Below, one piece after another: positions 8,383-17,458 of a stretch of DNA of 25,126 nt. The position numbers and the translations under genes are program-made. Position 1 is the stretch's first letter, and each line of letters opens with the position of its first letter. Below the pieces are notes generated by a model. That model was not told where the DNA came from, ran no database searches, and saw nothing but the letters and a program-made list of their open reading frames with translations. Where the stretch lies: positions 1 to 25,126 of the forward strand of contig JBECKX010000091.1 of NCBI GenBank assembly GCA_040235515.1, written 5' to 3'. Source of the DNA: Candidatus Zixiibacteriota bacterium. Lineage in GTDB: Bacteria > Zixibacteria > MSB-5A5 > CAIYYT01.

Positions 8383-10668
8383 TTGACCCACTCTGAAGAT
8401 AAAGACGACGCCACCAGGTCCTTGCCACTGGTAGGCAAGGACACAGTCGTAAATCAATACCGCGTGCTGGAACGGATCGGCGCCGGCGGGATGGGCGAGG
8501 TCTACCTCGCTCATGACGGGCGTCTGAATCGGAACGTCGCTCTGAAGTTCATGCCCATTCACCTGCTGAACGATGAGGGGTTGCGTCAACGTTTTACCCG
8601 CGAGGCACAAGCCGCCGCGAAGCTGGATCATCCGAACATCATCACGATCTATGAAGTGGGCGAGTTCAATGGCAGGCCGTTTATCGCGATGCGCTATATC
8701 GAAGGGAAGACCGTTCAGCACTACAGCCGCGACGAACGACTCTCACTGGAACAGATTCTGAATATCGCGGCGCAGATATCCGAGGGGCTGGCTGCGGCGC
8801 ACGCGCAAGGCATCGTTCATCGCGATATCAAATCGGTGAACATCATCCTCGACACCAATCTTCGTCCCCGTATCCTCGATTTCGGACTCGCGGCAGTGCA
8901 GGGGAGCGATATGCTGACAAAGACCGGCACGACACTTGGAACTGTCGCATATATGTCACCGGAGCAGGCACGTGGACAGGAAACCGATCATCGCTCCGAC
9001 CTCTTTTCCTTAGGCGTGGTCCTCTACGAACTGATTACGGGGAAGAGTCCCTACCGACGCGACAATGATGCCGCCACGCTGCAGGCGATTATTAACGACA
9101 ATGCAGAGCCGCTGGCTAGATTTAAGTCTGATGTGCCAGATGAATTGCAGAGGATGATCACCAAGTGCCTCGCCAAAGATATCTCCCGCCGCTACCAGTC
9201 GGCAGCTGATCTTGCGGCGGATTTGCGGTCATTGCTCCAATCGCAAGCATCCGGTTCGGCAATAACGGTAGCTGAGACCGTGGAGGAGCATCCATCGATC
9301 GCGGTGTTGCCGTTTGCCAACATGAGTGCCGATCCGGATAATGAGTTCTTCTCGGACGGTCTGACCGAGGAACTCCTGAATGTCCTGGTCAAGATACCTG
9401 ACCTGAAGGTCACCGGTCGAACATCGTCATTTGCATTCAAAGGCAAACACGAGGACCTGCGCGAAATCGGTCTGAAGCTCGGAGTCAACACACTGTTGGA
9501 GGGCAGTGTCCGCAAGGCGGGCAATCGTGTGCGCATCACGGCGCAGCTGGTCAAGAGCAGTGATGGTTTTCACCTCTGGTCAGAGACTTACGATCGGGTG
9601 CTGGATGATATCTTTGCGGTGCAGGATGATATTGCTAAGTCGGTGGCGAAAGCTCTGCATGTGACCCTGCTCGGTAACCAGAAGAATGCACACGTCGTGG
9701 ACGCTGAGGGTTATACACTCGTCATGCGCGGACGTGAACTAGCCCGCCAAAACACCAAGTCTACGCTGGAGTTGGCGATCAAGCTGTTCCGTGAGGCAAT
9801 TGAGCTGGACGCCAGGAATGCAGCGGCATACGCCGGGCTGGCTGAATGCTACCTGTATTGCACGGCCTTCGGACACATGGATAATAGTGCTGAGCTGGTG
9901 AGAAAGCTCAAAGAGAATTTAGACATAGCGCTTTCGCTTGACGAATCCCTCCCGCAAACATATTTCACTCTCGGGTGGTTGCGGGCAGCCATCGAGTTCC
10001 GGTTCGATGAAGCGATAAAGGCATTTGAGAAGCTACGCGATTTAGCCCCTAACCTGAGCAAAGGTACCTGGGCTCTGGCGATTATGAAGGGGATCTACGA
10101 GCGTTACGATGAGGCAATTCCAATGGCGAAAGAAGCCGTTGAACTCGATCCACTCGATCCAGAGGCACGGCTCTACCTTGCAAGAGTTTTGCTCTCTGCA
10201 GGAGAATTGGATGAATCGCGAGCAAACTACGAGAAGGTGCTTGAGGCTGTTCCGGGAATGGCTTCTGCAAACCTGTCACTGGGCTGGACCTACCTGCTGC
10301 AGGGTGATGCGGAATCATCACTCAGGTATGCGAAGCGGGAAGAAAATGCTGGTTACCGCAATTGCGGGCTAGCCATTTCCTATAACGCATTGGGAAACAG
10401 GAGCGAGTCAGATCGAGCCATCAACGAGCTGCTTAGCGGCGATGAACATTGGGGTTTCCAGATCGCTATTGCCCATGCTTGCCGCGGCGAATTCGACGAT
10501 GCATTCAAATGGCTGGAGAAAGGGTTCGAGGTCGGCGATGCCGGCATCTCGCTGACCCGAGCGCATCCTTTGCTGAGAAATCTTCATGAAGATCCGCGCT
10601 GGCCGGCTCTAATAGAGAAGTTCGGTCTGGCTGACGACAAATTCCGCGAGCAGTTTAAATCCAGATGA
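8383..10668 (+). CDS. Hanks-type Ser/Thr protein kinase with TolB-N-like and TPR domains
   Basis: GAGGMGEVY, VALK, HRDIKSVN, DFGLA, GTVAYMSPE, SDLFSLG. Then SIAVLPFANMS...FFSDGLTEEL and TPR-like repeats. TTG start after AAGGAG. Confidence 0.95.
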   Translation: MTHSEDKDDATRSLPLVGKDTVVNQYRVLERIGAGGMGEVYLAHDGRLNRNVALKFMPIHLLNDEGLRQRFTREAQAAAKLDHPNIITIYEVGEFNGRPFIAMRYIEGKTVQHYSRDERLSLEQILNIAAQISEGLAAAHAQGIVHRDIKSVNIILDTNLRPRILDFGLAAVQGSDMLTKTGTTLGTVAYMSPEQARGQETDHRSDLFSLGVVLYELITGKSPYRRDNDAATLQAIINDNAEPLARFKSDVPDELQRMITKCLAKDISRRYQSAADLAADLRSLLQSQASGSAITVAETVEEHPSIAVLPFANMSADPDNEFFSDGLTEELLNVLVKIPDLKVTGRTSSFAFKGKHEDLREIGLKLGVNTLLEGSVRKAGNRVRITAQLVKSSDGFHLWSETYDRVLDDIFAVQDDIAKSVAKALHVTLLGNQKNAHVVDAEGYTLVMRGRELARQNTKSTLELAIKLFREAIELDARNAAAYAGLAECYLYCTAFGHMDNSAELVRKLKENLDIALSLDESLPQTYFTLGWLRAAIEFRFDEAIKAFEKLRDLAPNLSKGTWALAIMKGIYERYDEAIPMAKEAVELDPLDPEARLYLARVLLSAGELDESRANYEKVLEAVPGMASANLSLGWTYLLQGDAESSLRYAKREENAGYRNCGLAISYNALGNRSESDRAINELLSGDEHWGFQIAIAHACRGEFDDAFKWLEKGFEVGDAGISLTRAHPLLRNLHEDPRWPALIEKFGLADDKFREQFKSR

Positions 10669-11225
10669 ACATCAAGATTGTCCGGCCCGTGAAAGCTGAC
10701 TTCGAAGAACTGAAGCGGCTGTTCACCGCATCAATCCACGATGCGTTTCGCCGGGAAGGGATCGACAAGACTTTTTCGGATGAGATTCCGGGGGATATCC
10801 AGTTTCAACTCGATGCGCTCCAGCGAGACTTCGACAGCGATGGCAGGGAGGAACACTATTTCATCGCAAAGCTCGACTCCCGAATCGTCGGCACGTGCGC
10901 GATCGGTACTACCTCCGGCGGCGTGATGCGTGCATTCAAGCTTGCTGCTCCTACCATCCCCGAAATGAAATCGCTTTATGTGTTGCCGGAGTATCAGGGA
11001 AGAGGAATTGGTCTTTCACTTATCGATCACACACTGGAGTACATGCAGGAAGCGGGAATGGATGAGTTTCTGTTTGAATGCGGCTACAAGATCGCCCAGG
11101 CGCTGTGGATGAGAAGATTCGGTGAGCCGGCGATCGTAAAGCAGGACTACTTCAGCGAAGGTGCTCACTTGATGTTCTGGCGCTGCAGGGTGATCGAACA
11201 GATCCGCCGGGTGGCCGCGCGTTGA
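10665..11225 (+). CDS. GNAT-family N-acetyltransferase
   Basis: Motif A LYVLPEYQGRGIG. ATGA overlap with the kinase stop. Confidence 0.9.
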   Translation: MNIKIVRPVKADFEELKRLFTASIHDAFRREGIDKTFSDEIPGDIQFQLDALQRDFDSDGREEHYFIAKLDSRIVGTCAIGTTSGGVMRAFKLAAPTIPEMKSLYVLPEYQGRGIGLSLIDHTLEYMQEAGMDEFLFECGYKIAQALWMRRFGEPAIVKQDYFSEGAHLMFWRCRVIEQIRRVAAR

Positions 11226-11596
11226 AACTCAATCAGGTAACGGTATATGTTTCCGATATTGAACGCTCAACACAGTTCTACTGCAAGCTGGGACTTGAGT
11301 TGATCGTTTCCTCCCCGCACTATGCGAGATTCCTTTGTCCTGTCGGCGATTCCACCTTCTCGATTCATATCAGCGAAGAGGTAAGACCGGGGCAGACGAC
11401 GATCTACTTCGAGTGTGACGATTTGGATAAGAGGGTTGAAGGCTTGCGGCGAGCGGGACTCAAATTCGAATCTGATCCGACCGACCAGCCGTGGTTATGG
11501 CGTGAGGCTTATCTGGCCGATCCGGACGGGCACCGCATCTGCCTGTTTCACGCCGGCAAGAATCGGATCAATCCGCCGTGGCGGCTGCGGAAATAG
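11222..11596 (+). CDS. VOC (glyoxalase/bleomycin resistance) family protein
   Basis: LNQVTVYVSDIERSTQFY..LGL, IYFECDDLD, WREAYLADPDGHRI. TTGA overlap with the GNAT stop. Confidence 0.92.
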   Translation: MKLNQVTVYVSDIERSTQFYCKLGLELIVSSPHYARFLCPVGDSTFSIHISEEVRPGQTTIYFECDDLDKRVEGLRRAGLKFESDPTDQPWLWREAYLADPDGHRICLFHAGKNRINPPWRLRK

Positions 11597-11621
11597 ACGG
11601 TCGCTCGTGTCTCCATTCCGC

Positions 11622-11649
11622 TTGACTCAACCCCTCAACAATCTAACTT
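11622..11649 (+). promoter_or_regulatory. Candidate sigma-70 promoter, possibly giving a leaderless transcript
   Basis: TTGACT-N16-TAACTT ending 6 nt before ATG 11656. No Shine-Dalgarno sequence in between. Confidence 0.45.
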
Positions 11650-11655
11650 TCTGCC

Positions 11656-13386
11656 ATGCTTCAAAGGCAAAGTAGCATCTCAGCCCGGATCAGGCGTCTG
11701 GCCGACTTGAGCAGACGCTTCGGCCCTCAAGCAGCCGCTGACAAGACTCAGTTGGTCAGGGCGCTTCGTTCGACCAGGCTGACAAACCCGGATGATCTGT
11801 TGCTCCTTCATGATACCCTTTGCTTCATGAGGGCCTATCCTGACAGTTCTGAGCTGGAGAACCTGGTCGAGACTGAGCTGCAGAGGTTTGAAGCCCGCGT
11901 CCGGGGTTATCGCCGCAGCACACGAGACAAAAGCGCAGCCAGGCTGGCCGACAGCGGTATCGCCGGCACAAAGACCACTCACCCTTTCGGATATGAAATG
12001 GCGTTGCTTCTGAAAGAGCGGCATGGCAAGAGCATCAAGCTCGAACGGGACGACAACCTGAGTGAGTGGGAGGATAAGCTGTACGATGTTCTCCCGTTGC
12101 TCGTCGCCTGGCAGGAGAATGATGCGATAGATAATGACGATTCATTTGATGTGGAGGGGTTTCTCAAGCGTGCCCGGGGAGAACGGTCGAGTGACGACCT
12201 GCAGGGGCTGCTTCACTTGTTCCGGAGCGCGGAGTTGAATCAACGACTAAGACGCCATTTCTTCGAATCCCTCGACCTTTACCTGAGTTGGAACCTGGCC
12301 GCCTCACGGGGATCGCGCACTCTCTGTCGTTTTCCGTCTGCAAGCAGGTTCTATTTTGCAGAACCACTGCTTCCTCGCTCCGGTGATCTTGCGGCGCAGT
12401 TGAAGGCTCCGGCAAAGAGACTGGTGCGGCTCTCCAGAAGCGAGGGGAAAGAGATCATCTCGCTGGCATGTGAGGTCTTGGCGGTTCGCAATCGCGAGTT
12501 GTACCCGATCACGCTGGCGAACCCGGAAGAGATCTATTGCATTGAACCGGGACGCGGCCTGCAAATCTATCTCTTTGCGACACCTCCGTCGATCCGGTTA
12601 CCGCTTGAAGCCAACTTCGGGGCGATGTTTGCGCGTAACGGCATGCCGATCGGATATGGAATCGCAGCGACGCTGTTTGATCGAGTCGAAATCGCCATCA
12701 ATGTTTTCCCGGCTTACCGGGCTGGAGAGTCGGCTTACATCATTGAGCAGTTTTTCAAGGTGTTCTACCATCACTTCGGATCGAGGATCTTTCTGGTGCG
12801 GAGCATGCAAATGGGCAACGACGAAGAAGAGGCGCTGAAATCGGGGGCGTTCTGGTTCTACTACAAACTTGGATTCCGCGCGATTTCCCCGGCGGTTAGA
12901 AAACTGGCTGAACAGGAGCGCGCAAAACAGTTGCAAAGACGAGGCTACCGCACTCCGCTCAAGACGCAAGAGAAGCTCGCAAAGAGTGATGTCGTATTGG
13001 TGTTGGACGATGCTCAGCGCGGCTCGTGGAAAGAACCACCACTTGCCAGGCTTGCCTATCGCGTGACCGATTACTTCGCACAATCGCATGATGGTGATCG
13101 CGAAGCCGGGATTGAAGCAGCGCTGTCAGAACTCACAACCATACTGGCGGTCAGAAGTTTCAAAGGCTGGAGTGAGGGGGAAGTGACATCGCTCAAGCGG
13201 CTCGCACCGCTGTTGATCAACATCAAGGGGTTACCGCGCTGGTCTGCGCGCGAAAAGAGAGATCTCGTGTCCGTCATACGGGCCAAGGGGTCACGCTACG
13301 AACGTGATTATGCGCTGCTCTCGCTCAAACACAAAAAATTGAAGCGGGCGATCGAGATACTGGCCGGGATCGAACCGAATCGCTAG
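11656..13386 (+). CDS. Hypothetical protein, 576 aa, with a possible divergent GNAT-like central domain
   Basis: Long ORF filling the gap between plus-strand genes. NGMPIGYG...INVFPAYRAG...GAFWFYYKLGFR resembles GNAT motifs. Function is not established. Confidence 0.8.
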   Translation: MLQRQSSISARIRRLADLSRRFGPQAAADKTQLVRALRSTRLTNPDDLLLLHDTLCFMRAYPDSSELENLVETELQRFEARVRGYRRSTRDKSAARLADSGIAGTKTTHPFGYEMALLLKERHGKSIKLERDDNLSEWEDKLYDVLPLLVAWQENDAIDNDDSFDVEGFLKRARGERSSDDLQGLLHLFRSAELNQRLRRHFFESLDLYLSWNLAASRGSRTLCRFPSASRFYFAEPLLPRSGDLAAQLKAPAKRLVRLSRSEGKEIISLACEVLAVRNRELYPITLANPEEIYCIEPGRGLQIYLFATPPSIRLPLEANFGAMFARNGMPIGYGIAATLFDRVEIAINVFPAYRAGESAYIIEQFFKVFYHHFGSRIFLVRSMQMGNDEEEALKSGAFWFYYKLGFRAISPAVRKLAEQERAKQLQRRGYRTPLKTQEKLAKSDVVLVLDDAQRGSWKEPPLARLAYRVTDYFAQSHDGDREAGIEAALSELTTILAVRSFKGWSEGEVTSLKRLAPLLINIKGLPRWSAREKRDLVSVIRAKGSRYERDYALLSLKHKKLKRAIEILAGIEPNR

Positions 13387-13602
13387 AGCGTTTCTGATTC
13401 GACACAGTTGGCGAGGCACGACAAACAGATTGCCTCCACCTGATTTCTTAATTAACTTAAACGAAGTTCGATCCTGCTCGGATCAGAGCGTATTTCATGA
13501 AAATGTTATTCACGTTCAAATTCGCGACGGAGATCGTTGTGCGTTCGCAAAATTGATTTTGTGGATTCTTGATCGACTATTGAAACCAGAGGATTAAACC
13601 AT

Positions 13603-14076
13603 ATGCAAATTCCGATTCTGAAGAGCACCCACGAGCTGTTGCAGAAGCAAATCAAGGATTTGAAGAAGGACATAGCCCAGAACTCCAAAGATATCGGAGA
13701 GGCGGCTGCGCTGGGGGATCTGAAGGAAAATTCAGCGTACCATAGTGCCAAGGAGCGTCAGGTCTGGTTGCTCGAACGAATGCAACGGATGAAAGGCTAC
13801 CTGAATTGCCGGATCATCGAACTCGATGCCGAACACCCCGACAAGGTTGCGTTCGGAACCTGTGTTAAGGTACATGACGAAGATAAAGACGAGATGCACA
13901 CATTCAATATCGTCGGGCCGGTAGAATTCGAGTTGGAAGTGATGGAGGATATGGCGACGATCGCGGCACCGATTTCACGCCTCCTGATGGGCAAACGGGT
14001 TGGCGACTCGATAGAGTGCAAGTTCGGTCGCAACGAGTGGACTGGAGTGATCAAGGAGATCACGCGCATCGGCTAG
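13603..14076 (+). CDS. greA: GreA/GreB-family transcription elongation factor
   Basis: Coiled coil with tip GDLKENSAYHSAKE (acidic D and E retained), VAFGTCVKV, FNIVG, APISRLLMGKRVGD. AGGA RBS. Symbol is at family level. Confidence 0.88.
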   Translation: MQIPILKSTHELLQKQIKDLKKDIAQNSKDIGEAAALGDLKENSAYHSAKERQVWLLERMQRMKGYLNCRIIELDAEHPDKVAFGTCVKVHDEDKDEMHTFNIVGPVEFELEVMEDMATIAAPISRLLMGKRVGDSIECKFGRNEWTGVIKEITRIG

Positions 14077-14196
14077 CAAAGTATCACTTCACGCAAAAGG
14101 GGTTATCATGGGTCTCACAAGCCCAGTTGCTCAACACAGCATCATGATAATCGGCGCAGCAATCGAGAAATGTTGCCTGCCGAATCCAGGATAAGG

Positions 14197-14224
14197 TAAA
14201 GAGTTCCCGCGCGTCTGCCGACTC
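14197..14224 (+). promoter_or_regulatory. Candidate sigma-28 (FliA/SigD-type) promoter for the HDOD gene
   Basis: TAAA-N16-GCCGACTC versus the consensus TAAA-N15/16-GCCGATAA. Confidence 0.5.
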
Positions 14225-14405
14225 TATGAATAGTAACAGAGTGCAGAAACCCGCTTGTTCCCAAACAGAACTCCATGTCCGATCTCTATGTCCCACAAGG
14301 ACTTCCTATTAGAGGATGACATCTGGATGCTCCTCCCTTGGGAGAGCGAATGCTCGGCACGCGCTCTTACTGCCCGGAAACGCATTATTTGATAAGGATC
14401 AGGCT

Positions 14406-15602
14406 ATGACACTGCAGATCGCTGTCGTTTCGACACCGACCACCTCATCTTCCAGCCTAGCTCAATCACTCTCCTCCGTAATGCGAGGAAGAGAGATAGT
14501 CTCTATCTCCTCATCCGCCGAACTTGAAAAACTGGTCAGCAGCGACGAGTTGTCGGTTGTCATAACGGCCACCGACGCGCCCGACGGACTGGGCATCAGG
14601 CAGTTTGAGGAACTCAGCAAGAGTTATCCGGAGATTGTACGACTCCTGATCGCTCACGATGAGCTTGAGAGGAAACCCAACTATGCACCGGGGGCGATCA
14701 ACCGAATATTCAGAGCGGGGGTGTCTGAATTCGACGTGGCGAAATCGATCGAGAATTCGGAGAGGCTGCGCAGCCTTCTCAAAGAGGAGGGTCTGACCAG
14801 GCGAATTGCCTCGATCCGCAGCCTGCCGGCATTGCCGAAGGTTTACCAACAGCTACGCGAAGAACTGCAAAAGGATGAGGCTTCCGCTCACAAGATAGCT
14901 GAGTTGATCAAGTCAGATGTCGGTATCACGGTAAAGGTGCTGCAGATCGTCAACTCTGCTTTCTTTGGTCTTAAGACGCGAATCGAGAGTCCGCTGCAGG
15001 CAGTCGGCATGCTGGGGCTCGATACGGTTCAGAACCTGGTGCTGACCGCCGGTGTATTCGCAGAGTTCAAGGATCCTGGCATACCGGGGTTATCGCTTGA
15101 GCGAATCTACCATGACTGTCTCGAGGTTGGTGCGCGCACAAAGCACCTGACGTCTGTACTGGGCCTCGAACGCCGTGATGGCGACGATGCTATCATGGCA
15201 GGCATGCTGCACGCGGTCGGTCAGGTGATCCTGATGACTGAATTTGCCGACGAACTGCGACAGGTGCCAACGCAATCGGTTAGCAATGACCTCGAAGCGT
15301 TGCAGGCACAGGCGAAACTGTTGGGGGTGACCCACGCGGAGATCGGTGCATACCTGCTCTCGACCTGGGGCTTTGGGGACAATATTGTGGAAGCGATCGC
15401 CGATCACTACCTCCCCAGTCGGGTGCCGAAGCCGATGGTGAATGGGCTTACCGCCGTGCACGTCGCCTATGCGCTTCACGCGGATGAGTCGCACCATAGT
15501 GGTGAGATCGAAAGCACTGCTCTCGATATGAAGTACGTCGATGCGCTCGGACTGGCGCCGCAATTGCCATATCTCAAACGCGTCTGTCTGGCGCTGGGTT
15601 AA
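14406..15602 (+). CDS. HDOD-domain signalling protein with a degenerate N-terminal receiver-like domain
   Basis: LPALPKVY, IAELIKSDVGITVKVLQIVNSAFFG, AVGMLG, AGMLHAVG, LGVTHAEIGAYLLSTWGF..IVEAIADH. Start placed at ATG 14406 after AAGGA; 14316 is an alternative. Confidence 0.88.
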   Translation: MTLQIAVVSTPTTSSSSLAQSLSSVMRGREIVSISSSAELEKLVSSDELSVVITATDAPDGLGIRQFEELSKSYPEIVRLLIAHDELERKPNYAPGAINRIFRAGVSEFDVAKSIENSERLRSLLKEEGLTRRIASIRSLPALPKVYQQLREELQKDEASAHKIAELIKSDVGITVKVLQIVNSAFFGLKTRIESPLQAVGMLGLDTVQNLVLTAGVFAEFKDPGIPGLSLERIYHDCLEVGARTKHLTSVLGLERRDGDDAIMAGMLHAVGQVILMTEFADELRQVPTQSVSNDLEALQAQAKLLGVTHAEIGAYLLSTWGFGDNIVEAIADHYLPSRVPKPMVNGLTAVHVAYALHADESHHSGEIESTALDMKYVDALGLAPQLPYLKRVCLALG

Positions 15603-15642
15603 GTTATAAGATTACCTTGTGAACTGTGGTCAGAACGAATTG

Positions 15643-15676
15643 AGCGGAGTGGCAAATGTCACTCCGCTTTGTGTTT
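15643..15676. terminator. Intrinsic terminator hairpin between convergent genes
   Basis: AGCGGAGTGGCA-AA-TGTCACTCCGCT stem followed by TTGTGTTT on the plus strand. It lies between the stops at 15602 (+) and 15691 (-), so it may act in both directions. Confidence 0.75.
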
Positions 15677-15690
15677 AGCAGTCCGCACCA

Positions 15691-17028
15691 CTAATTGGTG
15701 GCGACGATCGTTGGCGTAATGAACACGGTTAGGTCGGTGCGCTCAAGTTGTGTGGTATGATGCTGGAAGAGCTTACCAAGCAGGGGAATCTGCCCCAGCA
15801 GCGGTACCTTCCTGACGATCTTGAACTCCGAGTCCTTCAGCAAACCGCCGATCACCAATGTCTCGCCGTCACGTACACGCACGGTAGTCTTGACGGAGCG
15901 GTTGGAGGTAATCGGACGCTGATTCTCAGCAGGCCCCGTAAAACCGGTGATCTCCTCGATAACCGGGTTGACTTCCATCGAGATGAAATTGGAGTCGGTT
16001 ACACGAGCCAGCACCTTGAGTTTGATGCCCACGTCGAGATCCTGGAACGAGACGATATCCTGGACGATAGCGCCTTCGGTGAAACGATTGAGGGTCTCGA
16101 TCGGGATCGTGGTGGACACGACAATTTCTGCCGGCTTATTCGATTCGGTCGTCAGGTTTGGGTCACTCAACAGTTGCGAATGCCCCGATTCAATCATCAG
16201 GTCGAGTGCAGTTTGTACTTCAGCCGCGGTGAAGGTTCCCCAACTCCAGCCACCGGCATTAAGGGATTTGGAAACGATGCCGTTATTGGTTGTGCTGGTT
16301 TCACCCTCAGAATCAGTGGTTTCGGTGGTTCCTCCGAGCAAAGCTGTGTAGGTTGTCGGCCAGTCGAGGCCGATTCTCCGGTCATCGCTCAGTGTCGTCT
16401 CAACCAGCTTCACCGAGATATTCAGGATCGGTTGTGGCTTGTCCAGTTCATCGAGCAATCTGAGAGCTTCCGCGACCCGATCAGGTCGGTCTGATATAAC
16501 AACTGCCTCCGGTCGAGATTTTTGTTCGCTCTCGGTATCAGCTTGTGCCAGTACCTCAACCGAACCCTCGGCCGAGAGCACTCCTTTCAACGCTGTCACA
16601 GCTTGTTGAGGTGTCGCATGCTCCAGTTGTACGATCGACGTCTGCCGCTCGTCGGGTGAGAGAAATCCAGCCGGCTTCACGATCAGCAGCCCGTTCTTGA
16701 CATACCAGGTCATCCGGTTCGGTAGCAGGATGGCATCGAGCGCGTCGGCCAGAGTAACATCCTTGAGCATCATCGACACTTCGCCTTCCACGTCGCCGGC
16801 CACGGTCAGATTGAAATCGTACTGCCGTGCAAGCAAACGCACGACATCCTCAATCTGACTGCGGTCAAGTGACAACTCGACGCGCTGTTGCAGGAAGGCA
16901 GTGTCAACGGGCCTGGCTGGATCGGACTGTTGAGCAGCGGGCTCGGCGAAAGCACTCGCACCAAGCAGGCAGATGATTGCCAGGCTGCGTGCCAGAGTCT
17001 GTCTGATCTGAGTGGTCTTCTTGTTCAT
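15691..17028 (-). CDS. Secretin (PilQ/GspD/MshL superfamily), compact form
   Basis: Signal peptide ending ASAFA, an N0/STN-like domain, one N3-like domain, and secretin motifs TTVRVRDGETLVIGGLL, KVPLLGQIPLLGKLF, LTVFITPTIV. Start placed at ATG 17028. Confidence 0.95.
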   Translation of the reverse strand: MNKKTTQIRQTLARSLAIICLLGASAFAEPAAQQSDPARPVDTAFLQQRVELSLDRSQIEDVVRLLARQYDFNLTVAGDVEGEVSMMLKDVTLADALDAILLPNRMTWYVKNGLLIVKPAGFLSPDERQTSIVQLEHATPQQAVTALKGVLSAEGSVEVLAQADTESEQKSRPEAVVISDRPDRVAEALRLLDELDKPQPILNISVKLVETTLSDDRRIGLDWPTTYTALLGGTTETTDSEGETSTTNNGIVSKSLNAGGWSWGTFTAAEVQTALDLMIESGHSQLLSDPNLTTESNKPAEIVVSTTIPIETLNRFTEGAIVQDIVSFQDLDVGIKLKVLARVTDSNFISMEVNPVIEEITGFTGPAENQRPITSNRSVKTTVRVRDGETLVIGGLLKDSEFKIVRKVPLLGQIPLLGKLFQHHTTQLERTDLTVFITPTIVATN

Positions 17029-17029
17029 G

Positions 17030-17458
17030 CTAGCTTCCGCCAATTGTTAATGTTTTGCTTTCTCCGTTGCGTTCAAGCTGGACTGATCTGCGAGAGATCT
17101 TGACTACGCTCCAACCCTTCACCGAATCACCGACTCCCACCGCTCTGCCGTCAATCAGGGCGAGCGGTTGTTCTGTCGAGCCGGAGATGGCAGAGAGTCG
17201 GAAGGTCTCCTGTTGCACGACTGCCCGACTCACCTGGCCGGCGCGCACGAATGGATCGCGGCCCCATTCAGAGTTATCGGCAACAGGGCTGTTTTTCATA
17301 CTACCAGTTACTAGTGGCTGGATGGTGGCGATCTCCGTATCGGTCGACCCCGATCCGGGGCTGCTGCGCCGTGGGCCGAGCAGGTTCAGCGCTCCGAAGA
17401 TGAGTGCTGCGACGAAGATGAGATAGACAATCCTCTTGCGAGTTCGTTCCGTCATCAT
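17030..17458 (-). CDS. PilP/MshK/GspC-like small membrane-anchored assembly protein
   Basis: N-terminal TM, low-complexity linker, RDPF motif, then FRLSAI...ALIDGRAVGVGDSVKGWSVVKI. Lies between the PilO-like gene and the secretin. ATGA coupling at 17455-17458. Confidence 0.75.
   Translation of the reverse strand: MMTERTRKRIVYLIFVAALIFGALNLLGPRRSSPGSGSTDTEIATIQPLVTGSMKNSPVADNSEWGRDPFVRAGQVSRAVVQQETFRLSAISGSTEQPLALIDGRAVGVGDSVKGWSVVKISRRSVQLERNGESKTLTIGGS

Noticed and set aside
13410..13440. GGCACG...TTGC and a GAGGCA/TGCCTC inverted repeat after the 576-aa gene
   Set aside because: The spacing is wrong for a sigma-54 promoter. The stem is short with a long loop and no adjacent U-tract.
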